From: a virus
Lineage: Duplodnaviria; Caudoviricetes
Length of the DNA: 64,000 bases
Virus record (IMG/VR): IMGVR_UViG_3300028048_000085
Span: 32,001 to 96,000 of that record
Strand: one strand, 5' to 3'
Below are positions 61,920 through 64,000 of the stretch, piece after piece (position 1 is the first letter of the stretch; each line of letters starts with the position of its first letter). The position numbers and the translations under genes were made by a program. A model generated the notes under the pieces. It did no database searches. It was not told the origin of the DNA and saw only the letters and a program-made list of their open reading frames with translations.

Positions 61920-62318
61920 ATGTGTGGATTGATGACAAGGGAAGATGATCAGCAGTTACAAAACATCATTGACTTTGTTGCTGATCAACCATTACCTAAA
62001 GAGGCAAGAGTTGCGAATATGATATCTGAGAATATGCATATTCGACCATCAATGGAAAACATCAAAGATTTATATTTCATCGATGTTTTCTATTTCTGTA
62101 CAGCAATTGATGTACAGGAAGATGAAGATGGGTACGCTAGCACTATTCAGTTTATGCTTGTACCTAATTCATCTATTAAGGATACAGTCATCGCAGAGAT
62201 CAATTTAGATTCTCGCGATGTTGTATATCGAGATATGACAATGGAACCAGTATATTGGGATGATGACCGATATACTGAATTCTTCAAAAATGTAGTTGGT
62301 AGATTATTAGCAGATTAA
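61920..62318 (+). CDS. Hypothetical acidic protein
   Basis: 132 aa in the operon from promoter 61715. Confidence 0.55.
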   Translation: MCGLMTREDDQQLQNIIDFVADQPLPKEARVANMISENMHIRPSMENIKDLYFIDVFYFCTAIDVQEDEDGYASTIQFMLVPNSSIKDTVIAEINLDSRDVVYRDMTMEPVYWDDDRYTEFFKNVVGRLLAD

Positions 62319-62333
62319 TTTGGAGGTATTACT

Positions 62334-62606
62334 ATGGATGAGTTAATTGAATACTTAAACGCACAGGAGGAATATGAAGGTGCTATGCATGAATATGTAA
62401 AATGCATACACGAAGTTGTTAAATCTATTGATGATGCAATAGATTTTTGCAACAAGAATGGTATTAATTGTGAGAATTTGGTTCAGGCAAAGATCCATGC
62501 ACTTGCTTTTGATCTTGATGGTGTTAGAAAGTATATGGAGAAGCAGAAGAAGTATAACGATGAGTATAAAGCATTCTTAAAATCAATACTCGATCGTTAT
62601 CAATAA
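62334..62606 (+). CDS. Hypothetical protein
   Basis: GGAGGT RBS, followed by a satellite array. Confidence 0.6.
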   Translation: MDELIEYLNAQEEYEGAMHEYVKCIHEVVKSIDDAIDFCNKNGINCENLVQAKIHALAFDLDGVRKYMEKQKKYNDEYKAFLKSILDRYQ

Positions 62607-62620
62607 TGAATTAAATATAA

Positions 62621-62738
62621 AGCGAGTTATGATATCTGACTAATATTAATGAATAAAAACGAATTCACAATCAGATACAAAATTACAACGGTCAAATGAA
62701 TCAATGCAATAACTAAAATTAAACGAGGGAAATGAATC
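62621..62738 (+). repeat. Satellite dual-repeat mini-array (3 units)
   Basis: aacgaatt cacaatcagatac aaaatta caacggtca aatgaatc aatgcaataact aaaatta aacgaggga aatgaatc, then a terminator hairpin at ~62748-62773. Confidence 0.85.
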
Positions 62739-62813
62739 TTAAGAAAGTGGAGTAGTCAATTACGACTACTCCATGATCTTTCTAAAATAAAACTCTCATA
62801 AGTATTTATTTTT

Positions 62814-63077
62814 TTACATATCAGCTTCTATAGCAAGCTCATATACAGCTTGATGTACATAAGCCATCATATCAAAACCGATAGTCTGTATTCCAGATTC
62901 ACTCTCAACAGTGATATCTGTATCTGTTAATGTAAAGAATGGTAAGTAATCTGACTCACTCTCACTGAACTGCACAGTATCCTTAGATCCATCTTCGATT
63001 GTCTTGATACGAATCTCGGAATTTGTGTCAGTAGCATAATCCTTTAATGCGTTTACTGCTGTTTCTCTTGCACTCAT
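62814..63077 (-). CDS. Small hypothetical protein
   Basis: AGGAGGT RBS. Confidence 0.6.
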   Translation of the reverse strand: MSARETAVNALKDYATDTNSEIRIKTIEDGSKDTVQFSESESDYLPFFTLTDTDITVESESGIQTIGFDMMAYVHQAVYELAIEADM

Positions 63078-63087
63078 AGTTACCTCC

Positions 63088-63891
63088 TTAATGTTTTATG
63101 ATACTAGGATCAATATAAAATGGTTTTATAATCTTGTGCTGATCTGATTCATTTTCAACTTCACCAGGTAGAGACAACATATTATTTTTTATCTGTTCAA
63201 TCTGTGATTGCATCTTATCTGCAACATTACCAAGATCTGGTAACTGATATGATGGATCTTTAATCTCAAACCTAACTTTATGTGGTTCGATAATCGTAGT
63301 ATTCATCAGAGTCATATCATTCTGATTGCTATATTTTTCAATACGATTTAATGTATCCATCATCTCTGGTGTAATGAATGGTCGATAATAATCTACGAAG
63401 AGTTTATATCTTCCCAAGACATTATTAACGTTAATAAATAATCGATGATTATGGAACAACTTATGGTTTGTCTCAGATAATGGTACCAATGATACCATAA
63501 ATTTGTAATGTAGACTCATTACTTCTTTTGATACCATTTGAACACTCATTGATTCGTGATAATATTCACGCTTCTTTATTACTATTTCAACAATATCTGC
63601 TAATGAAAATGGATAGTGGTGTAATTCTATAACAATACCATTCTGCTCTTCATTTGATACTCCTGTTTGAAAAGCATCCTTATTCATATTCATATTCTCA
63701 CGCAGATATTTTACAAAGTTACGATACTCACTACTTTGTCGTACATTTCGTTCAATATCTTTTATATATGTCCTATATTCCTTATCATCCAGAAGATTAT
63801 AAATCTCACCTTCATATGGTGGTACATTTCCAATCTTAATCGTATCTGCTAGATTATGATCTAGCACCTGTATTGCGTCGGGATCTACCAT
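63088..63891 (-). CDS. HNH-like fold protein, paralog of 41295..42068
   Basis: IELHHYPFSLADI...LVPLSETNHKLFH. Confidence 0.55.
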   Translation of the reverse strand: MVDPDAIQVLDHNLADTIKIGNVPPYEGEIYNLLDDKEYRTYIKDIERNVRQSSEYRNFVKYLRENMNMNKDAFQTGVSNEEQNGIVIELHHYPFSLADIVEIVIKKREYYHESMSVQMVSKEVMSLHYKFMVSLVPLSETNHKLFHNHRLFINVNNVLGRYKLFVDYYRPFITPEMMDTLNRIEKYSNQNDMTLMNTTIIEPHKVRFEIKDPSYQLPDLGNVADKMQSQIEQIKNNMLSLPGEVENESDQHKIIKPFYIDPSIIKH

Positions 63892-64000
63892 ATGATTCTC
63901 CTTTCTTTATTAATCAGGGGTTAAATCGCTAAATAATTATATACTATAATTATAGTAGAGTAGTTACATATTAATTAGAAAGAGGTAAAAATATGAGTGA

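Overview
AT-rich 64-kb segment of a jumbo myophage of the AR9/PBS1/phiKZ-like multisubunit-RNAP type. The host is probably a Firmicute (Clostridia/Lachnospiraceae-like; inference from AGGAGG RBSs and a clostridial-prophage-like gene block). Core content: tail tube and sheath, probable baseplate proteins, three separate RNA polymerase beta' fragments (one split by an HNH-encoding group I intron), the N-terminal half of a split family-B DNA polymerase (split by an ORF-less group I intron), guanylate kinase, ThyX, RNase H, a protein-kinase-like gene and a probable DGR target gene. Two phage promoter classes can be read from the sequence: (A/C/G)TYATATACTATA, probably early, and AAC(A/T)-N6-TA, late and AR9-like. 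The most striking element is a non-CRISPR dual-repeat array of about 77 units of ~36 nt (9-nt repeat, 9-nt spacer, 9-nt repeat, 9-nt spacer) at 16.3-19.7 kb. It has its own phage promoter, an orphan 181-aa ORF embedded in it, and two satellite mini-arrays (57.9 kb, 62.6 kb). Its geometry is that of TIGR guide-RNA arrays, but no Nop-domain Tas gene is recognisable in the window. Also notable: a ~670-nt structured non-coding transcript candidate, enzymes sharing a putative head-targeting propeptide, and a recurring PVxF-type terminal peptide motif. All protein calls come from motif recognition by eye; no database searches were run.
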